From NCBI GenBank assembly GCA_965220385.1, contig OZ244825.1:777142-841141 (forward strand): a DNA stretch of 64,000 bases, in the 5' to 3' direction. The translations under genes were made by a program, and so were the position numbers. A model generated the notes under the pieces. That model was not told the DNA's origin. It ran no database searches and was given only the letters and a program-made list of their open reading frames with translations. The DNA comes from Candidatus Poribacteria bacterium (GTDB lineage Bacteria > Poribacteria > WGA-4E > PCPOR2b). Below are positions 10,166 to 18,586 of the stretch, piece by piece. Position 1 is the first letter of the stretch; each line of letters starts with the position of its first letter.

Positions 10166-10532
10166 AAAACGTAATACGTAAAGAAGATGTAACGCAAGGG
10201 GGCAAGGCCGCAAAGGAAAAAAGAGAGCGAAAAGAGAGAAGGCGGGAAAACGAGAAAACGAGAACGGAGGCATTTAGCCCCGGCGGGGCGGCATGTTTGT
10301 AGAATGTGGTATCACCCCACTAACAAAAGCCCCAGCGGGGCGACATGTGATACCGTAAAACGTAATACGTAAAGAAGATGTAACGCAAGGACGCAAAGAA
10401 AAAAAGAGAGCGAAAAGAGAGAAGGCGGGAAAACGAGAAAACGGGAACGGAAGCATTTAGCCCCAGCGGGGTGACATGTTTATAGAATGTGGTATCACCC
10501 CACTAACAAAAGCCCCGGCGGGGCGACATGTG
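10166..10532. repeat. Tandem ~185-bp duplication, each unit with an A/G-rich tract and a REP-like doublet
   Basis: AAAACGTAATACGTAAAGAAGATGTAACGCAAGG...TAGCCCC(G/A)GCGGGG..CATGTTT.TAGAA...AAAGCCCC.GCGGGGCGACATGTG occurs twice; the same doublet is at ~37,050-37,123 and ~50,076-50,150, and interrupted at ~36,820-36,897. Confidence 0.85.
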
Positions 10533-10622
10533 TGTTTTCGCTCCAGCAGGACGATATGTCCAATCTCGTACAGGTAGCGCCGGTATCTCCACTGTCGAAA
10601 CAAAAATAAAGGAGGAATACTC

Positions 10623-12047
10623 ATGAAGATCCCAAGAGACGATAAGGTTCGTATGCTTAGATTTGCCGTACAGTTTTTGCCAGCGATGATACCTCTTTTT
10701 TTCTCCTTGTATTTCTGGAAAAAGGGGTGGACTGAGCCTGTCATAACCTTTATGTTGCTAAGTATTGGACTGATATTATTAGGGGGCTTTCTGATTCTAG
10801 TCAAGAGGATCATAGGCAACGATAGGTATTTTGTGGTTATAGGTGGCGCTCTGCTTATTCTGATAGGGTTGTATTGCTGGATAGGCAGCGGTAATATCTA
10901 TACGAGCATATTTGCTGTATTGGTCGGTATGGCTGTAATATTAGGGGAGATGTTAAAAGAAAAGCGGTGGCAGATTAGTATCACTGTTGCATTAGTGCTC
11001 GCTGTAGGCACTATCATCTATCTGGAAGAAACCAGTGAAGATAAAGGACATGCTGTCGACAGCGAGGGGGGCGTACAGCAGGAGGTCGTGGATAAAGCAT
11101 CGGCACCCAGCGATGTTCCAAGCGGTGAACCCGCAGTTTCGGCTACATCCGAACAGTCGATGACTGATATGATGAATCGGTTCTTAACTCCTGAGCAACG
11201 TGAAAATCCAACATTCCAGAAAGTAATGAAGGTTATGGAGTCCGATTCATTTCAGAAGCAGATGCAGGAACAAGATCTGCGGACACCGCAAGAATTTATT
11301 GACCTCATGGCAGCACATGGATTAACGGAGTTTGCAGAGATAGATTATGATAAAATCATGGCTGATGCCTATGCCCTTTCCGCACAACAATACGCTACCG
11401 CAAACCCCGGTAAAGACCCCGCGGACGACGATGAGGTAATGGCAAAACGAATCGGAGAAAGCCTGAAGACCGCCGATCCTGTATATGGCATAATGGAAAT
11501 TATGCAGGATCGCGAGATTGCTCTGTGGATGAGTGCCCGTTTCAAAGGGGACCAAGCTGCGATGAGTGAGTGGTTGATGCCGGTGATGAAAGGCGCCGTA
11601 TCGGCTGACTCTGCAAATTCGTCGTCCGCACCAATGGATTTTGAATTCCCCGACGGGTTTTTGTCCGATAGCCCTCCTGACGAACCCACAGAGCAGCTCC
11701 CTTTCGTAGAATCGGAACCCTTACTATCTGACCCCAGCCCGACATCAACGCGGAAAGAGCCTTCCATCCCCGACACCGAAAAGAGTTCCGCAGCAGCACC
11801 AACGGTTGAACCGGAAAAGATTCTCACTGAACTGTCTCCAGAACCGCCTGCACTCCCTACGGACGAGGAACTTGAAACGGCGTTAAGGGAACGATTTTCG
11901 CCTGAGCGTTTCGAGCGGGCAATGACAACGTTGGAGCGGTATGGACCGGAAGAGGGACTTCGCCGCCTTCGAGAGGCTGATCCGGAAATCGCCAAGCAGA
12001 TGGAACGGCGCCGCAGTAGAGAAGGTGGAGAGCAGGATTCCCGATGA
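10623..12047 (+). CDS. Multi-pass membrane protein with an acidic/Pro-rich extracytoplasmic region and C-terminal YGPEEGLRRLREADP motif
   Basis: GGAGG RBS; about five hydrophobic segments in the first ~135 aa; C-terminal motif shared with 13415-14422. Confidence 0.75.
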   Translation: MKIPRDDKVRMLRFAVQFLPAMIPLFFSLYFWKKGWTEPVITFMLLSIGLILLGGFLILVKRIIGNDRYFVVIGGALLILIGLYCWIGSGNIYTSIFAVLVGMAVILGEMLKEKRWQISITVALVLAVGTIIYLEETSEDKGHAVDSEGGVQQEVVDKASAPSDVPSGEPAVSATSEQSMTDMMNRFLTPEQRENPTFQKVMKVMESDSFQKQMQEQDLRTPQEFIDLMAAHGLTEFAEIDYDKIMADAYALSAQQYATANPGKDPADDDEVMAKRIGESLKTADPVYGIMEIMQDREIALWMSARFKGDQAAMSEWLMPVMKGAVSADSANSSSAPMDFEFPDGFLSDSPPDEPTEQLPFVESEPLLSDPSPTSTRKEPSIPDTEKSSAAAPTVEPEKILTELSPEPPALPTDEELETALRERFSPERFERAMTTLERYGPEEGLRRLREADPEIAKQMERRRSREGGEQDSR

Positions 12048-12068
12048 AAGGGAGAAGGAGATTCAGTT

Positions 12069-12446
12069 ATGCCATTTGGAGAAAAGGTGCGCGAGTATAT
12101 CCTCAGGAACGTCGGGAAGTTGGGGATCGGTTGTGGGATAGGGATGATTTTGATGGGAGCGTATATTCTGATAATAGCGAGCAATGCAGGCAGGGGGTCT
12201 ATCTTTCATCCGGGCGCGGGCTATGTCCTACTGGGTATAAGTTTCATCACCATGAATCTCTTAGAGTGGAAGCCGTTGCTGATGCTTACCTGCACTGTGG
12301 TTGCGCTTGGACTCGCGCTGTTGCTACTCGTATTCAAGCCCGGAGATGAAACCGCTGAGCGCGCGGCGGTTGTGCAGCAGGAGGCTGTGGAAGCAGCGTC
12401 AAAGCCCAATGGAGTGCTAGATGACGCGGCGTCTCTTACGCGGTAG
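12069..12446 (+). CDS. Small membrane protein, partial paralogue of the upstream gene's membrane region
   Basis: AGGAG RBS; three hydrophobic helices; tail AAVVQQEAVEAASKP resembles GGVQQEVVDKASAP of 10623-12047. Confidence 0.65.
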   Translation: MPFGEKVREYILRNVGKLGIGCGIGMILMGAYILIIASNAGRGSIFHPGAGYVLLGISFITMNLLEWKPLLMLTCTVVALGLALLLLVFKPGDETAERAAVVQQEAVEAASKPNGVLDDAASLTR

Positions 12447-12610
12447 GGAGAGCATCTTCAATCAATACAGCTAGCGGTATCATACTCTTGTTTACGGGCA
12501 TAATATCGCTTTTTTGTGCTCACAAAACGCCACCCTTCGATTGCCTATGATGTGAGTCGGTTAAAACGATTCAAAACCTCCGCATCTTTTTCGTGGAATA
12601 TGGTAAATCA
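12438..12610 (+). repeat. Cassette-boundary repeat, copy A (~170 bp, includes an intrinsic terminator)
   Basis: ACGCRGTAGGG...AGCGGTATCATAC-loop-ATAATATCGCT-TTTTTGTGCTCAC...AAAACCTCC.CATCTTTTT..GGAATATGGTA; homologous to copies at 14414, 18103 and 20044. Confidence 0.85.
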
Positions 12611-12669
12611 ATAAGGGACTATGTGTGCTTCGTACGGTTTTTTAGGGAACAGCGCCGTGTGCGATAATG

Positions 12670-12718
12670 TTAGTAAAAGTTACTAACATTAGTAACATTT
12701 GCTAGCAATAGTTACTAA
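12670..12718. promoter_or_regulatory. Putative enhancer (UAS) array 1: three TTAGYAA-N3-TTRCTAA palindromes
   Basis: TTAGTAA-AAG-TTACTAA, TTAGTAA-CAT-TTGCTAG and CTAGCAA-TAG-TTACTAA; last base lies 88 positions before the first T of the -24 box. Confidence 0.7.
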
Positions 12719-12805
12719 TAACCGAGTTATTTCCTTCAACGACTTTTTAGACATTTCGCGCTTGAAGCCTGATGCCCACTGGGTTTGTGCGATTTTCGTT
12801 TCTTT

Positions 12806-12821
12806 TGGCATGTTAATTGCT
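12806..12821 (+). promoter_or_regulatory. Sigma-54 (-24/-12) promoter 1
   Basis: TGGCATGTTAATTGCT fits the consensus TGGCACG-N4-TTGCW with correct GG-N10-GC spacing. Confidence 0.85.
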
Positions 12822-12995
12822 TCTTATGGGTCTGTGGTTGAACACTTCAACCGTAACGCGTAGCGGAAAAGCATAGATTTTCAATGATTAGCTTATTCTC
12901 AAAGTGGGTGTGCTAAGACATTTTGTGAAGTTGAAAATCTTTCCTTTCTGGCCAGAATGCTAAACGCATTCTTAACAATTCAAAGGAAAAAGCAC

Positions 12996-13322
12996 ATGAA
13001 AAACTTAGGGGTTCTCTTCTGCGCCATTTCACTCGTCATGATGATCGGCCTAATGGTCGTATTTTTTACGGAACCCGCTGAAGCAGGAGCAGACGAGAAG
13101 ATAAGGGTAAAAAATGTTGTAAAATATTACGATGACTTTGACAATTACTGCCCTAACCTTTCATACACTAGAATCACCCTTGAACCAGTTGTATACAATG
13201 GATATGGTCACTACTATAACTACCATATAATGGGTAACTCGGGACACACTAGTCACAGTTATCAGATCGTGTCATGGGTCACCATTCATACAACTTTTAC
13301 CGTTGCTAGTTGTAATACTTAA
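12996..13322 (+). CDS. Small secreted protein (signal peptide ending AEA; Tyr/His-rich; two Cys in the mature part)
   Basis: AAAGGA RBS; MKNLGVLFCAISLVMMIGLMVVFFTEPAEA signal; first gene after sigma-54 promoter 1. Confidence 0.7.
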   Translation: MKNLGVLFCAISLVMMIGLMVVFFTEPAEAGADEKIRVKNVVKYYDDFDNYCPNLSYTRITLEPVVYNGYGHYYNYHIMGNSGHTSHSYQIVSWVTIHTTFTVASCNT

Positions 13323-13345
13323 GCATCGTTAGAAAACTAGGCAGC

Positions 13346-13386
13346 CCAGCCTCTACTCGTGTCTCCGTAGGGGCTGGCAAAAAAAC
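13346..13386. terminator. Intergenic stem-loop between the two genes of cassette 1
   Basis: CCAGCCTCTAC...GTAGGGGCTGG followed by an A-run (U-run on the minus strand). Confidence 0.5.
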
Positions 13387-13414
13387 AGTTAAGCGATTCA
13401 GAAGGGACGGTATT

Positions 13415-14422
13415 TTGATGCGAAAGGTTGTTCTATTGATCTCCGTGATAGTTATTCTAACAGCAGGCTGGATTTTCTACCTAAACCGGGAAAAAAAGAA
13501 CTTTATAGAGAATCTACCGCAATCCCCTGCGGTTGTTAACCAACCTATTAACAGTTCCTCTTCATCAGTAAATGAAAAGGAGGATTCTAGCTACTTTGTT
13601 GAAGTGGATGGGAAGAAATTCATTCCTGATGGCCGCCTGCATAAGACACTTCCACAGGAGCAGACCGCCTCCGCAGAAAAAACGTCTTCAGAAACGCCCA
13701 CTCCAGACGAGAAAGCAGATTTTGTGCGCGACCAATGGATTCAAATGTTTGGAGACATTCCACAGGTTCATGCCGCATCTGAGTACATGAGAAAAATATA
13801 CAAACGGGAACGTATGACAATTGATGAAGAGATTGCTGGCTTAGAAGCCTCACACTACCTATTTCCAGAGGGTGGGCATGGACTAATGTTGGCAATACGA
13901 AAGACTCAGAAAGCACAGGGGCTCGACGAGGACGACTTTGAGATCGTGTATGAGGAGGATTGGGAGAATGTAAGGCCTCCGCCGGGTTATAAGGAATATC
14001 ATTTTGGGAATGTACCTGAGCATCTCCGGTCCGATACCCCTGCACCTGATAGGATTTTTTCAGAAAGCATTGATGGAGATATAGACTTTCCTCCTGCTCG
14101 TTCTGAGGGGACTCCTGTAATGCCGGAACCTAAGACCTCAGTCACGTCTGACCATGTTCACCATGGAGATAGGCATGTACACGAACCGCCCACCCTCCAA
14201 CCGCCTGCACCGACAACTGCTAAAGGTGTTGAAGCGAACGGCTGGGAGGGGTTATCGTCTAAACAACGGGAGCAGGCGAAAGCGTTCTTTGACGAATATG
14301 GCACAGAGGAAGGGCTGCGGCGGTTGAGGGTGTCTGATCCTGACGCTGCGCGTCAATTTGGGCAGGAACGGCAGAAACCGCCTATCCCTTCCGAACCAAA
14401 TGATGAATCTTCTACGCAGTAG
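13415..14422 (+). CDS. Single-pass membrane-anchored acidic protein with C-terminal YGTEEGLRRLRVSDP motif
   Basis: N-terminal hydrophobic anchor; Pro/Ser/Glu-rich linkers; motif shared with 10623-12047. Confidence 0.75.
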   Translation: MMRKVVLLISVIVILTAGWIFYLNREKKNFIENLPQSPAVVNQPINSSSSSVNEKEDSSYFVEVDGKKFIPDGRLHKTLPQEQTASAEKTSSETPTPDEKADFVRDQWIQMFGDIPQVHAASEYMRKIYKRERMTIDEEIAGLEASHYLFPEGGHGLMLAIRKTQKAQGLDEDDFEIVYEEDWENVRPPPGYKEYHFGNVPEHLRSDTPAPDRIFSESIDGDIDFPPARSEGTPVMPEPKTSVTSDHVHHGDRHVHEPPTLQPPAPTTAKGVEANGWEGLSSKQREQAKAFFDEYGTEEGLRRLRVSDPDAARQFGQERQKPPIPSEPNDESSTQ

Positions 14423-14580
14423 GGGCGGGCTTAAATCCATACAACAGCGGTATCATACCCTGGTTCACGGGCATGATACCGCTTTTTTTGTGCTCACAGC
14501 GTGGTGTTAGGTAGCCGAAACGCCTCAAAACCTCCCCACCTTTTCATAGGAATATGGTATAATCACGCAGGTTATTATTT
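14414..14580 (+). repeat. Cassette-boundary repeat, copy B
   Basis: AGCGGTATCATACCC...GGGCATGATACCGCTTTTTTTGTGCTCAC...GGAATATGGTATAATCACGCA. Confidence 0.85.
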
Positions 14581-14881
14581 GAGAGATGTGCATAATGATT
14601 GCCCCGATGCTCCCCGATGCAGAGATCTGGACAGGAGTTACGGCATACGGCGTATGCCTACTACTATGGGCGGTGCACTGGGGTACGGGTTGAGCAAGAT
14701 ACTCAACCTACGGGTGTGGTATATTGTTGGGTTTCACTGTATCTATCTATAAGGGGTTGTCGAAAGGCGAAACCGCTATTGTGTTTGATATAGATTCGCT
14801 TTCAACCATTCAACCCAATCTACGTGACCGATAAATAGATTCAAACCGTTAAAACAGTATCATGATCTTGAGTTCCTGTGC

Positions 14882-15853
14882 CTACGAAATTCCCAACTTT
14901 TCCATCTTATAGCGGAAAGTGGAGTAAGGGATGCCGAGATTTTTTGCGGCTTGAGTGCGATTCCAATGGGTTTCTTCAAGTGCCTGTGTGATCTGATCGT
15001 GCTCGCTCTCGACTGCCGATTCGTCAGGTTGTGACGGCAGTTCTTCCAATGCCTCTCCTTGAATATCAAGATGCTCGATTCCTATCAACGAGATCTTGGG
15101 TGGACAGAGAACAGCGGTGCGCTCAACGATATTTCGCAGTTCACGGATGTTGCCGGGGTATTGATAATCCAGAAGGGACGATTTAGCCCCGTCTGAAAAG
15201 CCGTCGAAGCTGCGCCCTCTTCTGGCGGTGTATGCCGCTAGGAAATGGTCCACCAACGGCAGGATATCTTCTGTTCTTTCCCTAAGCGGTGTGAGGTGGA
15301 TAGGAAAGAGGTTGAGCCGATGGAATAGATCACTGCGGAACTGTCCAGATTTGACAAGTTGTGGCGGATCTCTGTTGAATGCACTGATAATATGTGCTTG
15401 AAAGGAGATCTCCTCGGTGCCGCCAAGCCGTCTCAGCGTCCGGGTGTCGAGAACCCGCAGCAACTTAGCTTGTATGTCGAGTGGGAGGTCAGCAATTTCA
15501 TCCAGCAGAAGCGTGCCGCTATCTGCTATCTCAAAGTAGCCGGGTTTATCCGTCGTTGCATCGGTGTATGCCCCTTTGACGTGGCCAAAGAGTTCGCTTT
15601 CGACCAACGACTCTGGCAATGCCGAACAGTTGACAGCGACAAACGGCTGCTCTTCCGAAGACCCTTGAAAATGAATTGCCCGTGCGACCACCTCTTTTCC
15701 TGTGCCCGTTTCGCCGGTGAGGAGAATCGTATCAACCTTTGCTGCGACCGCCTGCCGGATGCGTTCTCGTACCTCTTGCGTAGCTGAACTATCTCCCACA
15801 AGGAATCGGTTTTGTATCCGCGGATTGTGATAGCTCGTAGATCGATTATCCAT
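14882..15853 (-). CDS. Sigma-54-dependent transcriptional activator (bEBP: AAA+ plus Fis-type HTH) with no N-terminal sensor domain
   Basis: Walker A GETGTGKE, ESELFGHVKGAYTDA, Walker B LLLDEI, FRSDLFHRL, YPGNIRELRN and HTH WNRTQAAKNLGI; likely start ATG 15853 (GAGGG RBS). Confidence 0.95.
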   Translation of the reverse strand: MDNRSTSYHNPRIQNRFLVGDSSATQEVRERIRQAVAAKVDTILLTGETGTGKEVVARAIHFQGSSEEQPFVAVNCSALPESLVESELFGHVKGAYTDATTDKPGYFEIADSGTLLLDEIADLPLDIQAKLLRVLDTRTLRRLGGTEEISFQAHIISAFNRDPPQLVKSGQFRSDLFHRLNLFPIHLTPLRERTEDILPLVDHFLAAYTARRGRSFDGFSDGAKSSLLDYQYPGNIRELRNIVERTAVLCPPKISLIGIEHLDIQGEALEELPSQPDESAVESEHDQITQALEETHWNRTQAAKNLGIPYSTFRYKMEKLGIS

Positions 15854-15972
15854 TTGTCCCTCTCTTCTCGATAAACGCGGCTTGACTGTTTTATCCTCAA
15901 AAGAGTTGATGTATCGCATGGTCAGCTACTTTCGAGGTTCTCCACTGTTCCCATTTCCTTTCTATACTTAGT

Positions 15973-16195
15973 AAAGGATACAGGAGGACACAGACAGGGG
16001 GCAAATTTGTTTTCTTTAGTTTGAAACAAATAGTTTCAAGTTAAAAAAAATAAATTGATTCGTCTTAAAAAATAGTTCAAGCAGCTGCCGAATTTTTGTC
16101 AAGCATGGGCGAGGTGACCTCGCCCCTACAGTTGGCTGCGTAAGTTCTATACTCAAAAGGATACAAGAGGACGCAGACAGGATGCAAATTTAAAA
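15973..16195. repeat. ~36-bp imperfect direct repeat flanking a REP hairpin, upstream of the activator gene
   Basis: AAAGGATACA(G/A)GAGGAC(A/G)CAGACAGG..GCAAATTT at ~15,973 and ~16,156; GGGCGAGGTGACCTCGCCCCTAC and an IS-end-like TGCGTAAGTTCTA lie between them. Confidence 0.65.
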
Positions 16196-16371
16196 TCTTT
16201 AGAGTTAAACCAACAGTTTAACTCCTCCAAAAATAACTCGAATGGGGTGTGGGACACCCTGTGTTGAACGCTCGCTGAGGTCGACAAGGCGGTAGGATCC
16301 CATAAAATTTATCACAGGGAGTTCGCAGCGATGAAGGTCTTTGACTCCCTCTTGGGACTTATGCAGAAAAG

Positions 16372-16421
16372 TTAGCAATAGTTGCTAACATTAGCAATAG
16401 TTGCTAAGCAACAGTTGCTAA
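16372..16421. promoter_or_regulatory. Putative UAS array 2
   Basis: TTAGCAA-TAG-TTGCTAA twice plus TAAGCAA-CAG-TTGCTAA; same 88-position offset to the -24 box. Confidence 0.75.
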
Positions 16422-16508
16422 TAATTGGGTTAACCGCTTCGGCGACTTTTTGCATATTTCGCCTTGAAAGCCTGATGTCCGCTGGGTTTGTGCGATTTTC
16501 GTTGCTTT

Positions 16509-16524
16509 TGGCATGATAATTGCC
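16509..16524 (+). promoter_or_regulatory. Sigma-54 promoter 2
   Basis: TGGCATGATAATTGCC. Confidence 0.82.
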
Positions 16525-16656
16525 CCTTATGAGTTTGTGGTTGAACCTTTCAACCATGATAAAGGATTTTCGATAGGTAGCGATTTGAATTATGAGTACA
16601 CAAGCATTGTATTGTGCAAATCGTAACACCACACACTTAATGAGAGGAGAGATACG

Positions 16657-17421
16657 ATGAAAACCATATTTGACGTGCTTCGTCACCCGCTGGTTATCGG
16701 TGCACTCGTATTGAGCATCCTCATTGTGGTAGGTGTGTATTTCGGAAGCCATTGGTACTATGGTGATGTTGAACCAGTTGAAATGCCGGAGGTTTCTGCA
16801 CCTGCTCCGCCCCTGCCTAAAAATCTTTCCGTCTCTGAAGTTGATTTGAGTGGTCTGGATGGGGAATCATCCCCACCGCAAACGGAATCAGAGCCTACAG
16901 TTTCGTCTGTGGAAGGCGAGTCGGTCGATGATTTCTTGGCAGAGCTATCGGATGAGGAGATGGCTCTGTTGACAGCTGAGGTGGTGGAACCTCAACGGGT
17001 TTCTCCCTTTGGCTTTGGTCCATATCCCCAAGTACCTTCAGATTTTCCCGAAGATCCCATTTGGGAAGAAGATATGGAAGCAAATATCTCACAATTTGGC
17101 AGCGAAGCGATGAAGGAAGCAGAATTGATGGATCGGGTTTTAATTCAACTCTGGAATCAGGGACATCGTGCTACTTCTGCGTCAAAGCACAGTAACGGGC
17201 TCGTCTATCCATCATTTCCCAACACGGTCTTTGTCCGATGGGACTACATAGAGGAAGAAGATGGGACAATTACTAAATATGCAAGGAGAATATCTAGTGG
17301 TGCGGAGGTATCAGATAGTGACCTTAATGATTTAGGGGAAGGGATTATTCCGCCCGGCATAAAGGTGCTTGACTATGATTCAGATGGAATAAATCCCTAC
17401 ACTTTTTTGAATCTTAACTAA
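16657..17421 (+). CDS. Membrane-anchored acidic hypothetical protein (SPFGFGPYPQVP family), cassette 2
   Basis: GAGGAG RBS; one N-terminal TM; clear paralogue of 18587-19357. Confidence 0.8.
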   Translation: MKTIFDVLRHPLVIGALVLSILIVVGVYFGSHWYYGDVEPVEMPEVSAPAPPLPKNLSVSEVDLSGLDGESSPPQTESEPTVSSVEGESVDDFLAELSDEEMALLTAEVVEPQRVSPFGFGPYPQVPSDFPEDPIWEEDMEANISQFGSEAMKEAELMDRVLIQLWNQGHRATSASKHSNGLVYPSFPNTVFVRWDYIEEEDGTITKYARRISSGAEVSDSDLNDLGEGIIPPGIKVLDYDSDGINPYTFLNLN

Positions 17422-17435
17422 TAAGGAGAAATAAG

Positions 17436-17804
17436 ATGCGTAAACATTTTTTGGGTGTCTTGATAATCTGCTTTTTGTCTGTTTTTTCCGTGCTTTCTTT
17501 TGCAAAAAAATCCGGGCCGCTAACAGCTGAAGCTTCTATATACAAAAAACGAACACAGACAGTAGCCAAGGCGAAGGTTCAGGCGACAGTTGCAGCAAGG
17601 CATGGGGCGTGGGCAATATCCGCTGTCTCAGGGAATAACTCTGATGGCGATGCTGGACACTATCGATACGGACTATCTACCCAAGTTGTACACCCAAAAG
17701 ATTACACCTCACGCGCGTCAAATGCGAGGGCTAGCGCGTGGATTTCTGGACACGATCGGCATGGCAAGGCTTGGTTTGTACAAGATTCAAAACCTGACAA
17801 CTAG
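17436..17804 (+). CDS. Small secreted basic protein, cassette 2
   Basis: TAAGGAG RBS; signal peptide ending SFA; homologous to 19369-19767. Confidence 0.75.
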   Translation: MRKHFLGVLIICFLSVFSVLSFAKKSGPLTAEASIYKKRTQTVAKAKVQATVAARHGAWAISAVSGNNSDGDAGHYRYGLSTQVVHPKDYTSRASNARASAWISGHDRHGKAWFVQDSKPDN

Positions 17805-18102
17805 TATTTGGTGTTCGCAGACGTTTAACAGACCGGGGGTGTACCTTCAGATTTGAGGATATGCCCTCTTTTTTATGCTCCGTTTGCTCTAAACTTAATC
17901 AGCAGTTTTCCGAGGATACCAGCAATATCACGCGATAGCAGCATACCAGATTCTATAGCGCAATCTTCCGGACTGATTGAGCTAGGATTACTGCGCTACA
18001 GTCCGGGTATTTTCAGTTCACTAGAGACTCTAGCATAACGTGCTGGGTATTTGCGATTGGCGATCTGAAGGGGAACGACGCGAGTCGCTTGTTCATTCCG
18101 GT

Positions 18103-18255
18103 ACGCAGTAGGGTAAACGTCTTCAATTAACACAACTAGCGGTATCATATCTTTTTTAGGGTTATGATACCGCTCTTTTGTGCTCACGGCGTGGCGTGAG
18201 TCAGCTAAAGCACCTCAAAACCTCCCCATCTTTTTATCGGAATACGGTATAATTA
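18103..18255 (+). repeat. Cassette-boundary repeat, copy C
   Basis: ACGCAGTAGGG...AGCGGTATCATA...TATGATACCGCTCTTTTGTGCTCAC...CGGAATACGGTATAAT. Confidence 0.85.
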
Positions 18256-18313
18256 CCAGGCTGCTACTCGTGCTTCATGCGGCTTTCCAGAAACATCGGT
18301 GTGTGCAGAAAAG

Positions 18314-18349
18314 TTAGTAATTGTTGCTAACATTAGCAACAGTTGCTAA
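18314..18349. promoter_or_regulatory. Putative UAS array 3
   Basis: TTAGTAA-TTG-TTGCTAA and TTAGCAA-CAG-TTGCTAA; same 88-position offset. Confidence 0.75.
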
Positions 18350-18436
18350 TAATTGGGTTAACCGCTTCGGCGACTTTTTGCATATTTCGCCTTGAAAGCC
18401 TGATGTCCGCTGGGTTTGTGCGATTTTCGTTTCTTT

Positions 18437-18452
18437 TGGCATGTTAATTGCT
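18437..18452 (+). promoter_or_regulatory. Sigma-54 promoter 3
   Basis: TGGCATGTTAATTGCT. Confidence 0.85.
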
Positions 18453-18586
18453 TCTTATGAGTCTGTGGTTGAACCCTTCAACCATGATAAAGGATTTTCG
18501 ATAGGTAGCGATTTGAATTATAAGTACACAAGCACTGTACCGTGTAATTTCTAACACTGTACACTTAAATGAGAGGAGAGCGTACG

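Noticed and set aside
10166-10532. Tandem repeat as a CRISPR array, or the short ORFs 10082-10273 and 10274-10456 as genes
   Set aside because: Only two long units made of REP doublets; the ORFs are translations of low-complexity repeat sequence.
11369-12184. 271-aa minus-strand ORF
   Set aside because: Ser-rich antisense shadow of the well-supported 10623-12047 gene.
14501-14793. Short ORFs between repeat B and the activator gene
   Set aside because: They overlap repeat and REP-like hairpins, lack an RBS and have no recognisable motifs.
16372-16421. Short repeated palindromes as a CRISPR array
   Set aside because: Repeats abut or overlap with no unique spacers and no cas genes; position fits enhancer sites.
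17870-18040. Possible minus-strand gene remnant (LSRDIAGILGKLLIKFRANGA)
   Set aside because: Internal stop, no clear start and too short to assign.
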